Program-made: the position numbers and the translations under genes
Shown here: positions 1 through 9,369 of the stretch, piece after piece
Layout: each line of letters starts with the position of its first letter
Position numbering within the stretch: the first letter of the stretch is position 1
Assembly: GCA_963730845.1 (NCBI GenBank)
Contig: CAVSTM010000003.1
Location: 30,713-94,712 of the forward strand
Direction of reading: 5' to 3'
DNA length: 64,000 bases
Origin: an uncultured Acidobacteriaceae bacterium
GTDB taxonomy: Bacteria > Acidobacteriota > Terriglobia > Terriglobales > Acidobacteriaceae
The notes under the pieces: model-generated
What the model was told of the DNA's origin: nothing
Databases searched by the model: none
The model's input: only the letters and a program-made list of their open reading frames with translations

Positions 1-1086
1 CGTGGCGATCTTGTGGTGGTAGACCGGTCGGGACAGCTGCAAACCATATCGGCGGGATGGGAATCCTTGGAAGGGCTGGCATGGGCGCCATCGGGGAAAG
101 AAATATGGTTCTCAGCCGCGGAATCAGGTGAGCAGTGGTGCATCCATGCCGTCAGCTTGTCAGGCAAGCAGAGGACTGTTTATTGCGGCACGGCGCCGAC
201 ACGCATCCTCGATGTCGCGTCCTCGGGTCGCGCCCTGGTTTCGACCGAGGAATCCCGTGGGACGATGACAATGGTGGAGCACGGGTCTAATCAGGAGCGC
301 GACCTGAGTTGGCTCTCCTACAGTTGGGGGCCGCGGCTGTCCCGGGACGGAAGCGAAATGTTGTTCACCGATTTATCTGAAGAGTCGGGCAACGACTACT
401 CGGTGTATGTGCGGAAGAGTGATGGCTCCCCCGCGGTTCGCCTCACCGGAGGCGGATATGCCACCGACATCACTCCCGATGGAAAATGGGCTATGGTGAT
501 CCTCCCGGATGATCCGGCGGCACGCCTCCAGATTGTGCCGGTGGGACCGGGGCAGGCGCGTGTGTTGCACTGGGACGGGATACAGCCGCGATGGGCCCAG
601 TGGTTCCCGGATGGACATCGTATTCTGCTGCTCGCCAGCCAGGCGGGCCAGGCGGCAGCTGTCTACCTCACGGATGTTGACGGTTCGACACCAAAGCGGT
701 TGTCGCCGGGGGAGCCTCCGTGGGGGGCGGTTGCGCCGGACGAACAATCATTGATTGTTGTTCAGAATGGAAGCTTCGTGATCCGCTCCATGTCGGACGG
801 CAGTTCCAAGCCGATTCCCGGTATTCAGGCTGAGGAGTCTCCGATCGGGTGGGCGGCGGATTCGAAGCATGTATTTGTGCAGGCAACAATCGCTACCGGC
901 CTCATGATTTATAAGGTCGATGTAGAGTCTGGCCGGCGGGAACTGTGGCAGACGATAACGCCGAAAGACGCGACGGGTCTGAGGCCGATGAACACACCTA
1001 CCGCCATTACGCCCGATGGTCGGTGGATGGCGTTTGGTAGCCGCACACAACTGGGGCAACTTTACCGCAGCGACACGCTAAAGTAG
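1..1086 (+). CDS. TolB/PD40-like beta-propeller protein, C-terminal part (5' end outside window)
   Basis: ORF 13..1086 is open back to base 1. It has repeated ...SPDG/TPDGKW... and DGS..V blades typical of PD40/WD40-like propellers. Confidence 0.6.
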   Translation, partial: RGDLVVVDRSGQLQTISAGWESLEGLAWAPSGKEIWFSAAESGEQWCIHAVSLSGKQRTVYCGTAPTRILDVASSGRALVSTEESRGTMTMVEHGSNQERDLSWLSYSWGPRLSRDGSEMLFTDLSEESGNDYSVYVRKSDGSPAVRLTGGGYATDITPDGKWAMVILPDDPAARLQIVPVGPGQARVLHWDGIQPRWAQWFPDGHRILLLASQAGQAAAVYLTDVDGSTPKRLSPGEPPWGAVAPDEQSLIVVQNGSFVIRSMSDGSSKPIPGIQAEESPIGWAADSKHVFVQATIATGLMIYKVDVESGRRELWQTITPKDATGLRPMNTPTAITPDGRWMAFGSRTQLGQLYRSDTLK

Positions 1087-1154
1087 ATCTCAGCGTGGGG
1101 GGCGGCGTCTTTCCAGAGAGGGAGAAAAGCCAGCATCGCCGCTTTCGAGCCCGG

Positions 1155-3083
1155 TTACTGCGGCAGACCGACCTTGCGCACCAGTTCGGCAAACCGCGGA
1201 TCAGAACGCAGAGGGTCGAGCCTGAAGTTAGTGTTCAAACTAATTAGCAGCCAATCGTGTTCTTGATATGCGATGTTGAGCCAATGGAAAGCCTGCTCTT
1301 TATCTCCCAAGTCGGCGTAGAAGGTGGCAATGATCAATGCTGAGTAGTAGCCATTTTCACGTTGTGCTTGCCGGTATTCGATGACTTTGGTGAGAGCGCC
1401 TTTCCAGCCCGCGGATTGAAATCCTCGTTCCATCGCGGCAGTGGATTCGATGTCGCCTTGAAAGCCCGACAACTGGCCACAGATCCGCCATTCTTCAATC
1501 ACCTGCGGGTACATGCGTTTTCCCCAATAGGCTTGGGCCAGACAATCGTGCGCGATCGCGAAGGTCGGGTTGTCGTTCGCCAGCTTCGTGCAAATCGCAA
1601 TGGCTTCGTCGAAGTGCCGCGTCCAGACGCGAACACTTCCGGCCACCCTGGCGATGATGGGAGACTGCGGCTCAAGCTCCTGCGCACGATTCATTTCCGC
1701 AAAGGCTTCCGGTTCCCTGCCCCCAACCATGGCAATATCGTCCGCGTACCACTGGCGCGCCGTGGCATCGTCGGGGTCGAGTTCGAAAGACTTCTTGAAC
1801 TCAGCCTCTCCGCCAGCAAAATCCCAGTCGTACTGCATCTCGTTGCTGCCCAGAACAGCATGAGGATGAGCCAGGGTCGGATCCAACTCCAGCGCCTTGC
1901 GGGCGGCGCCATTCGACTTGGGAAAGTCTTCGTTTTGATTGCCACCATAATTCGGCAGCACGGAATAGACGTCGGCCAGAGCCGAATAAGCCAAAGCGTA
2001 GCCCGGATCTTTCGCGAGGGCCCGACTGAAATAGGAGATTGCCTCCTCAAGTTCACTATAGGTCCGGTTATTCCAGGCGTAGCGCCCTTTCAGGTACAGA
2101 TCGTAGGCTTCAGGATTTTGCGTGCCTTGCCGGGTGACCTGCTGCTTCTCTGAGCTGCTGAGCTTGGAGCGCAACTTCCCCGCAATGTCGCCGGCGATCT
2201 GCATCTGCAACGACACAATATCCGCGCCCTTACCGCTGTAGTGATGCTCCCAGATTGCGGTGTTGTCGCGAACATCGATAAGCTCGGCGCTCACGTCGAT
2301 GTTGTCGCCCCGCGACGTTACCCGTCCGCTCACCAGCGCCGACACCCCCAGGTCGTTGCCGGCCTTTTGTGCGTCCACATCCTTCCCCTTGTAGCGGAAG
2401 ACGGAGCTGCGGGATTTCACCTTGAGCTGGGGCACATGTGCGAGGTTGCCGATCAACGATTCGGTGATGCCATCGCTGAGATAGTCGTTATTCGCATCTC
2501 CACCGCCATTGGTGAAGGGCAGCACGGCGATGGAATCGGCGCCGGGGTGGCGGTAAAGCAGCGCCAGGCTCAAGACTCCCAAGGCGAAGGCGGCTGCCGC
2601 CGCCAGCCCGGTGATCTTCCAATTCCAATCCCAATTCCGAATCCAATTCCAACGCTTGCAAGAACGGGAGGCTGCAGCGGCGGCGGCTGGATCCTCATCT
2701 TCCAGCTCGACAGCGACGTCTGCTTCCGGTATCGGTTCGCTGTGCGTCGGCGCAATCCAGCGGTAGCCCCGACGGTCGATGGTCTCAATGAAGATCGGAT
2801 TCTCGGCCGAATCTCCGAGCGCGTCGCGCAGGCGCTTAATCGCGCTGCGGATTCCGAGATCAAAATCGACGAACACGTCGCCGGGCCACAGCGTCTGACG
2901 AAATTCCTCGCGCGTAATGACCTGATTCGGGCGGCTCAGTAAAAGCTTCAGGGCGCGAAAGGGCAGGTCCTGGATCTTGACTTTGACTCCGCTCTTGCGC
3001 AACTCATCCGAGCGCAAATCGGCCTCGAACACCCCGAACAGAACAACTGTATTGGGGACGCGACTCAGCGAGTTGATAGGCAT
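1155..3083 (-). CDS. CadC/OmpR-type winged-helix transcriptional regulator with TM helix and C-terminal TPR domain
   Basis: N-terminus has a trans_reg_C-like motif (LSRPNQVITREEF...IFIETIDRRGYRWIAP). One hydrophobic helix (ITGLAAAAAFALGVLSLALLY). The C-terminal half is TPR-like (AYDLYLKGRYAW..., ALELDP...). Confidence 0.75.
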   Translation of the reverse strand: MPINSLSRVPNTVVLFGVFEADLRSDELRKSGVKVKIQDLPFRALKLLLSRPNQVITREEFRQTLWPGDVFVDFDLGIRSAIKRLRDALGDSAENPIFIETIDRRGYRWIAPTHSEPIPEADVAVELEDEDPAAAAAASRSCKRWNWIRNWDWNWKITGLAAAAAFALGVLSLALLYRHPGADSIAVLPFTNGGGDANNDYLSDGITESLIGNLAHVPQLKVKSRSSVFRYKGKDVDAQKAGNDLGVSALVSGRVTSRGDNIDVSAELIDVRDNTAIWEHHYSGKGADIVSLQMQIAGDIAGKLRSKLSSSEKQQVTRQGTQNPEAYDLYLKGRYAWNNRTYSELEEAISYFSRALAKDPGYALAYSALADVYSVLPNYGGNQNEDFPKSNGAARKALELDPTLAHPHAVLGSNEMQYDWDFAGGEAEFKKSFELDPDDATARQWYADDIAMVGGREPEAFAEMNRAQELEPQSPIIARVAGSVRVWTRHFDEAIAICTKLANDNPTFAIAHDCLAQAYWGKRMYPQVIEEWRICGQLSGFQGDIESTAAMERGFQSAGWKGALTKVIEYRQAQRENGYYSALIIATFYADLGDKEQAFHWLNIAYQEHDWLLISLNTNFRLDPLRSDPRFAELVRKVGLPQ

Positions 3084-3445
3084 AGAAAAGGGAGTCGATC
3101 CAGGGGAGGCCGCAAGTCTACCATCGAAACAATTGACGGCTCAAGCAGACTTTGTCTCACTTCGCGTAAGTTTCGAGGCTGCCTTGTGCCTCACTTCCCA
3201 AGTAACAACTTCGCGCATTGTACTGCAAACAAATCCTTTAGCGCGTCACACGCACTGCACGAACGTATCACGGCCGGAACATTGACCACGGCCCGCATTT
3301 AGGGCACATTCGGCGCCGTGTTTGGGTCGCAATTTGGAACCACTAAGGCCGCGCGCCGAGCTCACTGAAGGCGGGCAGCTTAGGGATGGCTTTCGAGATT
3401 GGTTCCCGGAAACACCGGAAAGACTTGCAGTTCTAGGAGGATTTA

Positions 3446-6388
3446 ATGAGTTATGTTCGGCACGCAATTAAGTCGCTTCGCACTGCCAGGGCACTTGTTC
3501 TCGCCCCGTTCTTCCTGGCTGTGGCCGGGACGGCGATCCCCGCCCATGCCCAGACTCCGCCCCCGGCAACCTTCGTGAACCCCACGCTGTTTAACGGAGG
3601 TTCTGTTATTTCCAATTACAGCCCGATTGCAGTACAAGTAGTTGCCCTTGGCGACTTCACCAATAACGGAATCCAAGACCTCCTCACGCTCGATGACAAC
3701 GGCAACACCGCCGGGGTGGGCATTCTGTTGGGCAACGGCGATGGCACCTTCGGGCCCGTCTCCTCTATTACCACGTTTGCGTGCACTTTAGAGGGCGGCA
3801 TCGTCACGGGTGACTTCAATAATGACGGTAAACTCGATTTCGCCGTCGTATCGGGTACGCCCGGGGGGGATTGCAACTTCAATCCGGGTACGCTCTGGAT
3901 TTATCTGGGCAACGGCGCGGGCGGCTTCACCCTCAAGGCCTCGTATTCAATGCTTGGGGTCCCTGCTAACAACGAGAAGGCTGGTGGATTGATCGCCGGC
4001 GATCTTCGGGGCAACGGGCATCTCGACCTGCTCGCGATCGATCCCACTAATGGCGTCGACGTTTTTCTTGGCAACGGCGATGGAACCTTCCAGGCTCCAG
4101 CGGCGGTCGCAATAACTTCTCCGGGTTATACGGGGGCAATCACGGCCAGGGACGTCAATAACGACGGAAAGCCCGATCTGATAGTCGCGAATCAATACGA
4201 AGGTGACGGTATTTTTGTGCTGCTCGGCAACGGCGACGGTACCTTCAAGTCTCCCGTGTTTTACCAGCAGGGTTCGAATTCGGGTGCCATGGCGCTAGCC
4301 ATCGGGCAGTTGATCGCGGACGACCACGGCGACGTGGTAATGGGCACGGGAAACGGAGCGTACGTCTACATCAACAATGGCGATGGCACGTTCAAGACCC
4401 CGGTTCTGTATGGTCCGTCGTGGATCAATTCCATTGTGATCACCGATATCAATGGCGATAAGAAGCAAGATCTTGTGGTTAGTTCTTATTCATCCTCCGC
4501 AGTATGGACTATGCTCGGCAACGGGAAAGGCGGTTTCACCGCGGGAGAGTCATTCGCCACGTCTGGCTATCCGAACAACGTCGTGGTCGCCGACTTCAAC
4601 GGCGACAAGAAACTCGACTTCGCTACGTCCAACAACGCCGGGCAGTGGATAACCGTGGGTCTCGGCAATGGCGACGGCACGTTCCGCAGCGGCCAGAGTT
4701 ACGGCTACAGCTGGAATGCTCCCATCAACGCCATCGCCACCGCCGACCTCAACGGCGACGGCAATCTGGACATCGTGGAAGGTGGAGGAGGTACGGGCGT
4801 TGGCATTACGGTGATGCTGGGGAGTTCGCACGGCGTGTTCGGGCCGGCCACTTCGATTGCGGTCGGCTGCGGCGAAGCGAATCGCAGCGGCGTCAACTCT
4901 ATCGCCTTGGGCGACGTCAATGGGGATCACAAGATCGACGTGGTGGCGACCAGCCTCGACGATCCCTACAACTGCTATGAAAACGTGATTGCGGTGCTGG
5001 AGGGCCTCGGCAATGGGAAATTCAAAACGCCTGTCTACTATTCCACCGGGACTACGCAGCAGTCCTACAGCGCTACGTTGGCCGATTTACGCGGCAAGGG
5101 GCTGCTGGACATTGTCGTCTCAAACGGCGATGGCAGCATCAGCGTGCTGCTCAACAACGGCAAAGGCGTCTACGGTACAGCCAACGTGATCACGGGTGCC
5201 AGCGGGTCGGCGGCCGCAGGCATCGTGATCGGCGACTTCAACAACGATGGCAAACTGGACATCACCCTCGACAACTACGGCGCGAATACAATTTACGTCC
5301 TGCTGGGAAACGGCGACGGCACGTTCCAGGCCCCGATCGTAACGCCCCTGGCGTCGATCTATCCGGCCGGGATGGCAGCCGGCGATTTTAACCACGACGG
5401 TAAGCTGGATCTGGCGGTCACCGGTGCGGGCTATTCAGGATCGCTTGTGATTTTGACCGGGAACGGCGACGGCACCTTCACAGTTGGCACGCCCTACGAG
5501 TTCAACATGTGGGAGCAATGCTATCCAAGCGGCGGATCCAATCCGTTTTGGATCGGAGCGGGCGATCTCAACCAGGATGGCAAGTTGGATCTAGCGATTG
5601 CTGTTACATACTCCGCCTGCGGCACAGAATATAGCGGACAAAACAATTGGGGAGCGGCGCTGGTCTACACCGGGAACGGCGACGGCACCTTCAATCAGGA
5701 CGACGGACCATGGCTCGGCGGCGTGGACAACTCCGGCATTGTGCTCGGAGACTTCAACCGCGATGGCATGCTCGACATGGCGGTAGCCGGCAATGCAGCG
5801 TGGACGACCCAGGAGTGGACAACCATCATGCTGAACAACACCCAGCCGGTGAGCGTCTCACCCCTCTCCATGACATACAAGTCACAGGCAGTGGAAACCA
5901 AGAGCGCCGCTCAAACTGTGCTTTTTACTAATGATGAAACGACATCGCTCGCGGTCAGCAAAGTGGCGCTTGGAGGAAAGGATCCAGGAGACTTCGGCTT
6001 CAAGTCCGCATGCCCGAGCCGCTTGCTGGCCGGCGCTTACTGCACCGTGACCGTTACCTTCGAACCCACAACCGCGGGCACGCGGACAGCGACGTTGTCC
6101 ATCACCGATGGCGAAGGCACGCAAAACGTCTCGTTGACGGGTACCGGCGAGGAGACCGTTACGAGCTTCACTCCGACGAGCGGGCCGGTTGGAACTCCGG
6201 TGACGATCACAGGAACCGCCTTTACGGGGACGACCAAGGTGACGTTCGATGGCACGGCTTCCAGCTTCACCGTAAACTCCGCCACCGAGATCACGGCGAC
6301 CGTGCCGACGGGAGCGAAGACCGGCAAGATCGGAGTCACCACTGACGGAGTGACCGTCGACAGCAAAACCAGCTTCACCGTGAACTAA
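3446..6388 (+). CDS. secreted FG-GAP/VCBS repeat protein with C-terminal Ig-like (ASH/choice-of-anchor-D-like and IPT/TIG) domains
   Basis: SD GGAGGA lies upstream. Signal peptide (LVLAPFFLAVAGTAIPAHA). More than 10 repeats of GDFNNDGKLD...LLGNGDGTF. C-terminus reads VTSFTPTSGPVGTPVTITGTAFTG (IPT/TIG-like). Confidence 0.8.
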   Translation: MSYVRHAIKSLRTARALVLAPFFLAVAGTAIPAHAQTPPPATFVNPTLFNGGSVISNYSPIAVQVVALGDFTNNGIQDLLTLDDNGNTAGVGILLGNGDGTFGPVSSITTFACTLEGGIVTGDFNNDGKLDFAVVSGTPGGDCNFNPGTLWIYLGNGAGGFTLKASYSMLGVPANNEKAGGLIAGDLRGNGHLDLLAIDPTNGVDVFLGNGDGTFQAPAAVAITSPGYTGAITARDVNNDGKPDLIVANQYEGDGIFVLLGNGDGTFKSPVFYQQGSNSGAMALAIGQLIADDHGDVVMGTGNGAYVYINNGDGTFKTPVLYGPSWINSIVITDINGDKKQDLVVSSYSSSAVWTMLGNGKGGFTAGESFATSGYPNNVVVADFNGDKKLDFATSNNAGQWITVGLGNGDGTFRSGQSYGYSWNAPINAIATADLNGDGNLDIVEGGGGTGVGITVMLGSSHGVFGPATSIAVGCGEANRSGVNSIALGDVNGDHKIDVVATSLDDPYNCYENVIAVLEGLGNGKFKTPVYYSTGTTQQSYSATLADLRGKGLLDIVVSNGDGSISVLLNNGKGVYGTANVITGASGSAAAGIVIGDFNNDGKLDITLDNYGANTIYVLLGNGDGTFQAPIVTPLASIYPAGMAAGDFNHDGKLDLAVTGAGYSGSLVILTGNGDGTFTVGTPYEFNMWEQCYPSGGSNPFWIGAGDLNQDGKLDLAIAVTYSACGTEYSGQNNWGAALVYTGNGDGTFNQDDGPWLGGVDNSGIVLGDFNRDGMLDMAVAGNAAWTTQEWTTIMLNNTQPVSVSPLSMTYKSQAVETKSAAQTVLFTNDETTSLAVSKVALGGKDPGDFGFKSACPSRLLAGAYCTVTVTFEPTTAGTRTATLSITDGEGTQNVSLTGTGEETVTSFTPTSGPVGTPVTITGTAFTGTTKVTFDGTASSFTVNSATEITATVPTGAKTGKIGVTTDGVTVDSKTSFTVN

Positions 6389-6766
6389 CTGAAAAAAACG
6401 GATGGGCCGGGGGCAACCGCTCCCGGCTCCGCCGGCTTATAGCACAGATGCTCGTATCGCGCAGCGACGCTCTGTTCAGATTTCGGTCCCGTCCTTAATT
6501 GCTTGCCGATTGCAGAAGTCCCGGCTCCGCCAGTTCTCGCCGCAGCATTCTCCGAATTCACCGAGGCCGGTCGCAGCGTGCTGGCTGACGGTGCGCCGCC
6601 CTCGCCTGCCTAAAGCAAGCGGGTCGAACTGCCGATGTACAACCCGTCAGTCAGAAATTACGGCCCGGTGCCGTGCTTAGTTTCGTTGCTCAATTTTCGC
6701 GGCCTGACCTTCGTGGCTTAACCGTGGGTTGCCGCAGAGCGGTGGGAACCTGGGTGGTGGGAACCT

Positions 6767-7321
6767 ATGGATAAGATCCGGGCGCTCATTATGGATGATT
6801 CCTCGGTGATGCGCAAAATCGTCGAGCGTTCGCTGCGTCGGGCGGCCATCGAGCTGGAAAGGGTTATAGAAGCGTCGAATGGAGCCGAAGCGCTGGCCGC
6901 TTTGCAGAGCAACGTGGCCGAGCTCGTCCTCTGCGACATCAACATGCCGGACTCGCAATGGACCTCTGCCTGGGGCATCAACAATTCCGGAGAGGTGACT
7001 GTGCAATGGGGCGACCAGAATGGATTCTTCTGGGCGTCCCTTTACAACGGGTCGACCTTCACGTCGCTCACCGCTCCCGGCGGTTATAACACGGGCGTTC
7101 ATTCCATCAACACGGCGGGGGACATCATGTTCGTGTGGGGAGATCCCTACGGAAACAATCACGCCGCGCTTCTGAACGCGGGCTCGTACTTCGTCTTCGA
7201 TATGCCGGCGAGCCTGGGCTCGGGCACCGACGCTGATGGCCTGAACGACTCAGGTGCGATCGTCGGCCACTTCACTCCCACCGGAACCTCGGTCTTCGGG
7301 GCGTACGAGGGAAAGCTCTAG
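6767..7321 (+). CDS. chimeric ORF: first ~61 aa of a CheY-like receiver domain fused to HAF-type (INNSG/INTAG/LNDSG) repeats
   Basis: MDKIRALIMDDSSVMRKIVE...LVLCDINMPD matches beta1 to beta3 of a receiver domain and then stops abruptly. The rest carries GINNSGEVTV, SINTAGDIMFV and LNDSGAIVGH repeats. Confidence 0.5.
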   Translation: MDKIRALIMDDSSVMRKIVERSLRRAAIELERVIEASNGAEALAALQSNVAELVLCDINMPDSQWTSAWGINNSGEVTVQWGDQNGFFWASLYNGSTFTSLTAPGGYNTGVHSINTAGDIMFVWGDPYGNNHAALLNAGSYFVFDMPASLGSGTDADGLNDSGAIVGHFTPTGTSVFGAYEGKL

Positions 7322-7502
7322 CTGATCAAATCCAGGGGAAACGGCCCCGCTTACGGCGATGTTTACCGCGAGCGGGTCCGAATCCCCTCTGCATTCTGGG
7401 CGGACAATGGAACACCAGCGTGTCAGCTGGGATCTTTGTGACGTAAACACTTCTAAATAGCACCGCCGAATCTTAGCCCCCGCCATGGTCGGGAAGTGTG
7501 GC

Positions 7503-7784
7503 CTACTCAGCCCCGCCGGCGATTGAAGGCACCAGCAGCACCTCATCGCCGTCCAGGAACGAATATGAAGCGCCCCCCAGGAAGCGAATATCCTCCTCAT
7601 TCACATAAACATTGAGAAATCGCCGCGTCTCGCCCGCTTCATCCCGCAAATGGGGCTTCAAGTCGGGGAACTGCTGGTCGAGCTCCGAGAACAGCTCACT
7701 GAGATTAGCCGCCGAGCAAACAACGCGCGGCGTCCCGGAAGTAAGTCGCCGCAAAGCTGAGGGAATTTGAACGGTAATACTCAT
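7503..7784 (-). CDS. MoaD/ThiS-family sulfur-carrier protein (MetO/CysO-like), C-terminus ...AGGAE
   Basis: Start moved to MSITVQIP (ATG 7784) behind an AGGAGG SD. 93 aa, beta-grasp-like sequence, with a diglycine 2 residues before the stop. Confidence 0.75.
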   Translation of the reverse strand: MSITVQIPSALRRLTSGTPRVVCSAANLSELFSELDQQFPDLKPHLRDEAGETRRFLNVYVNEEDIRFLGGASYSFLDGDEVLLVPSIAGGAE

Positions 7785-7820
7785 TAAGAACCTCCTAGCA
7801 AAAAACGGTGACGACGTGCT

Positions 7821-7846
7821 GTAGAGACGGGGCTTGCCCCGTCTCC
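7821..7846. repeat. family A hairpin repeat (single arm) GTAGAGACGGGGCTTGCCCCGTCTCC
   Basis: Self-complementary GAGACGGGGC/GCCCCGTCTC. The same motif occurs at 18456, 23482, 34130, 39415 and 55827. Confidence 0.85.
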
Positions 7847-7858
7847 ACACGAAAGCAA

Positions 7859-9139
7859 CTAGCGACCAACGACTGCTGTCTCGGCAACCGCCGCTGGCAG
7901 GTTTGCCGCCGTCGAAGCCAAATACGCCTCGAACTCGGCAAGCTTCGGAGCGATCGGAGTTTCCACTTGATACTTATCTGCCAGCACGTCGGTCGTCTTG
8001 AGTCCGTTGCCCGTAATGCAGAGCACGGTCGTTTCATCTGGCAGAATACGATCCTGTTGAATCAGCTTGCGCGCTGTCCCAACCGTCACGCCGCCCGCGG
8101 TCTCGGTGAAGATGCCTTCGCTCTCCGCCAGCAACTGGATGCCACCGACAACTTCGTGATCGGAAATGTCTTCCGCCCATCCTCCGCTTTTGGTGATGGC
8201 CTTCAACGCGTAATGTCCGTCGGCCGGATTGCCGATGGCCAGCGACCGCGCAATCGTCTTCGGACGCTGCGGCTCAATCTCGCTGCTGTACTGCTTGATC
8301 GCGGTCGAAATCGGCGAGCAGCCAGTCGCTTGCGCGCCAAAGAATTTCACTGGCTTCGGATCAACCAGTCCTAGCAGGATCAGCTCATCAAACGCCTTTT
8401 TGATCTTGGTAATCAAAGACCCGCCCGCCATTGGTACCACAACGTTGTCGGGCAAGCGCCAGCCCAGTTGCTCGGCGACTTCATAGCCCACCGTCTTCGA
8501 GCCTTCAGCGTAATAGGGACGAAGATTCACGTTCACGAATCCCCAACGGTGTTCATCGGCGATCTGCGAGCACAGGCGATTGACGTGATCGTAACTGCCG
8601 TTGATGCGCACCAGCTCCGCGCCAAACACTTGCGTGCCCAGAATCTTCGCGGGCTCAAGATCCGAAGGAATGAAAATCCACGCCTTCAAACCTTCGCGAG
8701 CCGCTTGCGCCGCGACCGAATTCGCGAGATTCCCCGTCGAAGAGCAAGCCACCGTGTCGAACCCAAAGCTGCGCGCATTCGCCAGGGCGACGGCGACCAC
8801 GCGGTCTTTGAAGCTCAAGGTGGGCAGGCACACCGCATCATTCTTGACGAAGAGCCGCCGCGATCCAATCTCGTTTCCGAGTCTTGGGGCGCCCACCAGC
8901 GGAGTGAATCCTACCGGTAGGGACGGCTGAAATCCCGCCGGCAGCGGCAGGAGTTCGCGATAGCGCCACATGTTGGGCGCGCGCGAGGCAAACAGTTCGC
9001 GCGAAAGGCGCGAGCGAAGCGAATCGTAGTCGTAGGTGATTTCGAGCGGCGAGAAACAGTCTTCGCAGATACTGCGTGGCTGGTTGCCCCAGGTCTTGCC
9101 GCATTCGCGGCAACGGAGCTGGTACGTGCTCGTCTCCAT
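7859..9139 (-). CDS. threonine synthase-family PLP enzyme with N-terminal zinc ribbon (MetM-like candidate)
   Basis: Start moved to METSTYQLRCRECGKTW (ATG 9139). Carries the PLP-lysine motif region (PTLSFKDR) and a ThrC/TrpB fold-type II pattern throughout. Confidence 0.85.
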   Translation of the reverse strand: METSTYQLRCRECGKTWGNQPRSICEDCFSPLEITYDYDSLRSRLSRELFASRAPNMWRYRELLPLPAGFQPSLPVGFTPLVGAPRLGNEIGSRRLFVKNDAVCLPTLSFKDRVVAVALANARSFGFDTVACSSTGNLANSVAAQAAREGLKAWIFIPSDLEPAKILGTQVFGAELVRINGSYDHVNRLCSQIADEHRWGFVNVNLRPYYAEGSKTVGYEVAEQLGWRLPDNVVVPMAGGSLITKIKKAFDELILLGLVDPKPVKFFGAQATGCSPISTAIKQYSSEIEPQRPKTIARSLAIGNPADGHYALKAITKSGGWAEDISDHEVVGGIQLLAESEGIFTETAGGVTVGTARKLIQQDRILPDETTVLCITGNGLKTTDVLADKYQVETPIAPKLAEFEAYLASTAANLPAAVAETAVVGR

Positions 9140-9258
9140 TTTGCAACTTCTTTCCGTGACTGCGGGACGAGCCGGGTAAAAACCCCAGTTAACACAAAAC
9201 CCCTTTTCCGAATGGGAAAAGAGGCTCGGGATACGCGAAAAAATCGCTATCACCCGAA

Positions 9259-9369
9259 TCTCATGGTCCCCGTTACCGGGCGAGAGTTGGCACCTGCGAT
9301 TGAGATAGATGATCTCTATCCGGTTGCCGTGGCGTCCTAGGGCTCGTCCCTCAGCCACTCTGCATGAAA
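9259..9369 (-). promoter_or_regulatory. SAM-I (S-box) riboswitch aptamer
   Basis: Minus strand reads UUUCAUG CAGAG UGGCUGAGGGAC GAGCCC UAGGA CGCCAC GGCAACC ... GGUGCCAACUCUCGCCCGGUAACGGGG ACCAUGAGA. P1 pairing, the GAGGGA strand, the GCAACC and GGUGCCAA junctions and a GUAA-capped P4 are all present. Confidence 0.8.
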
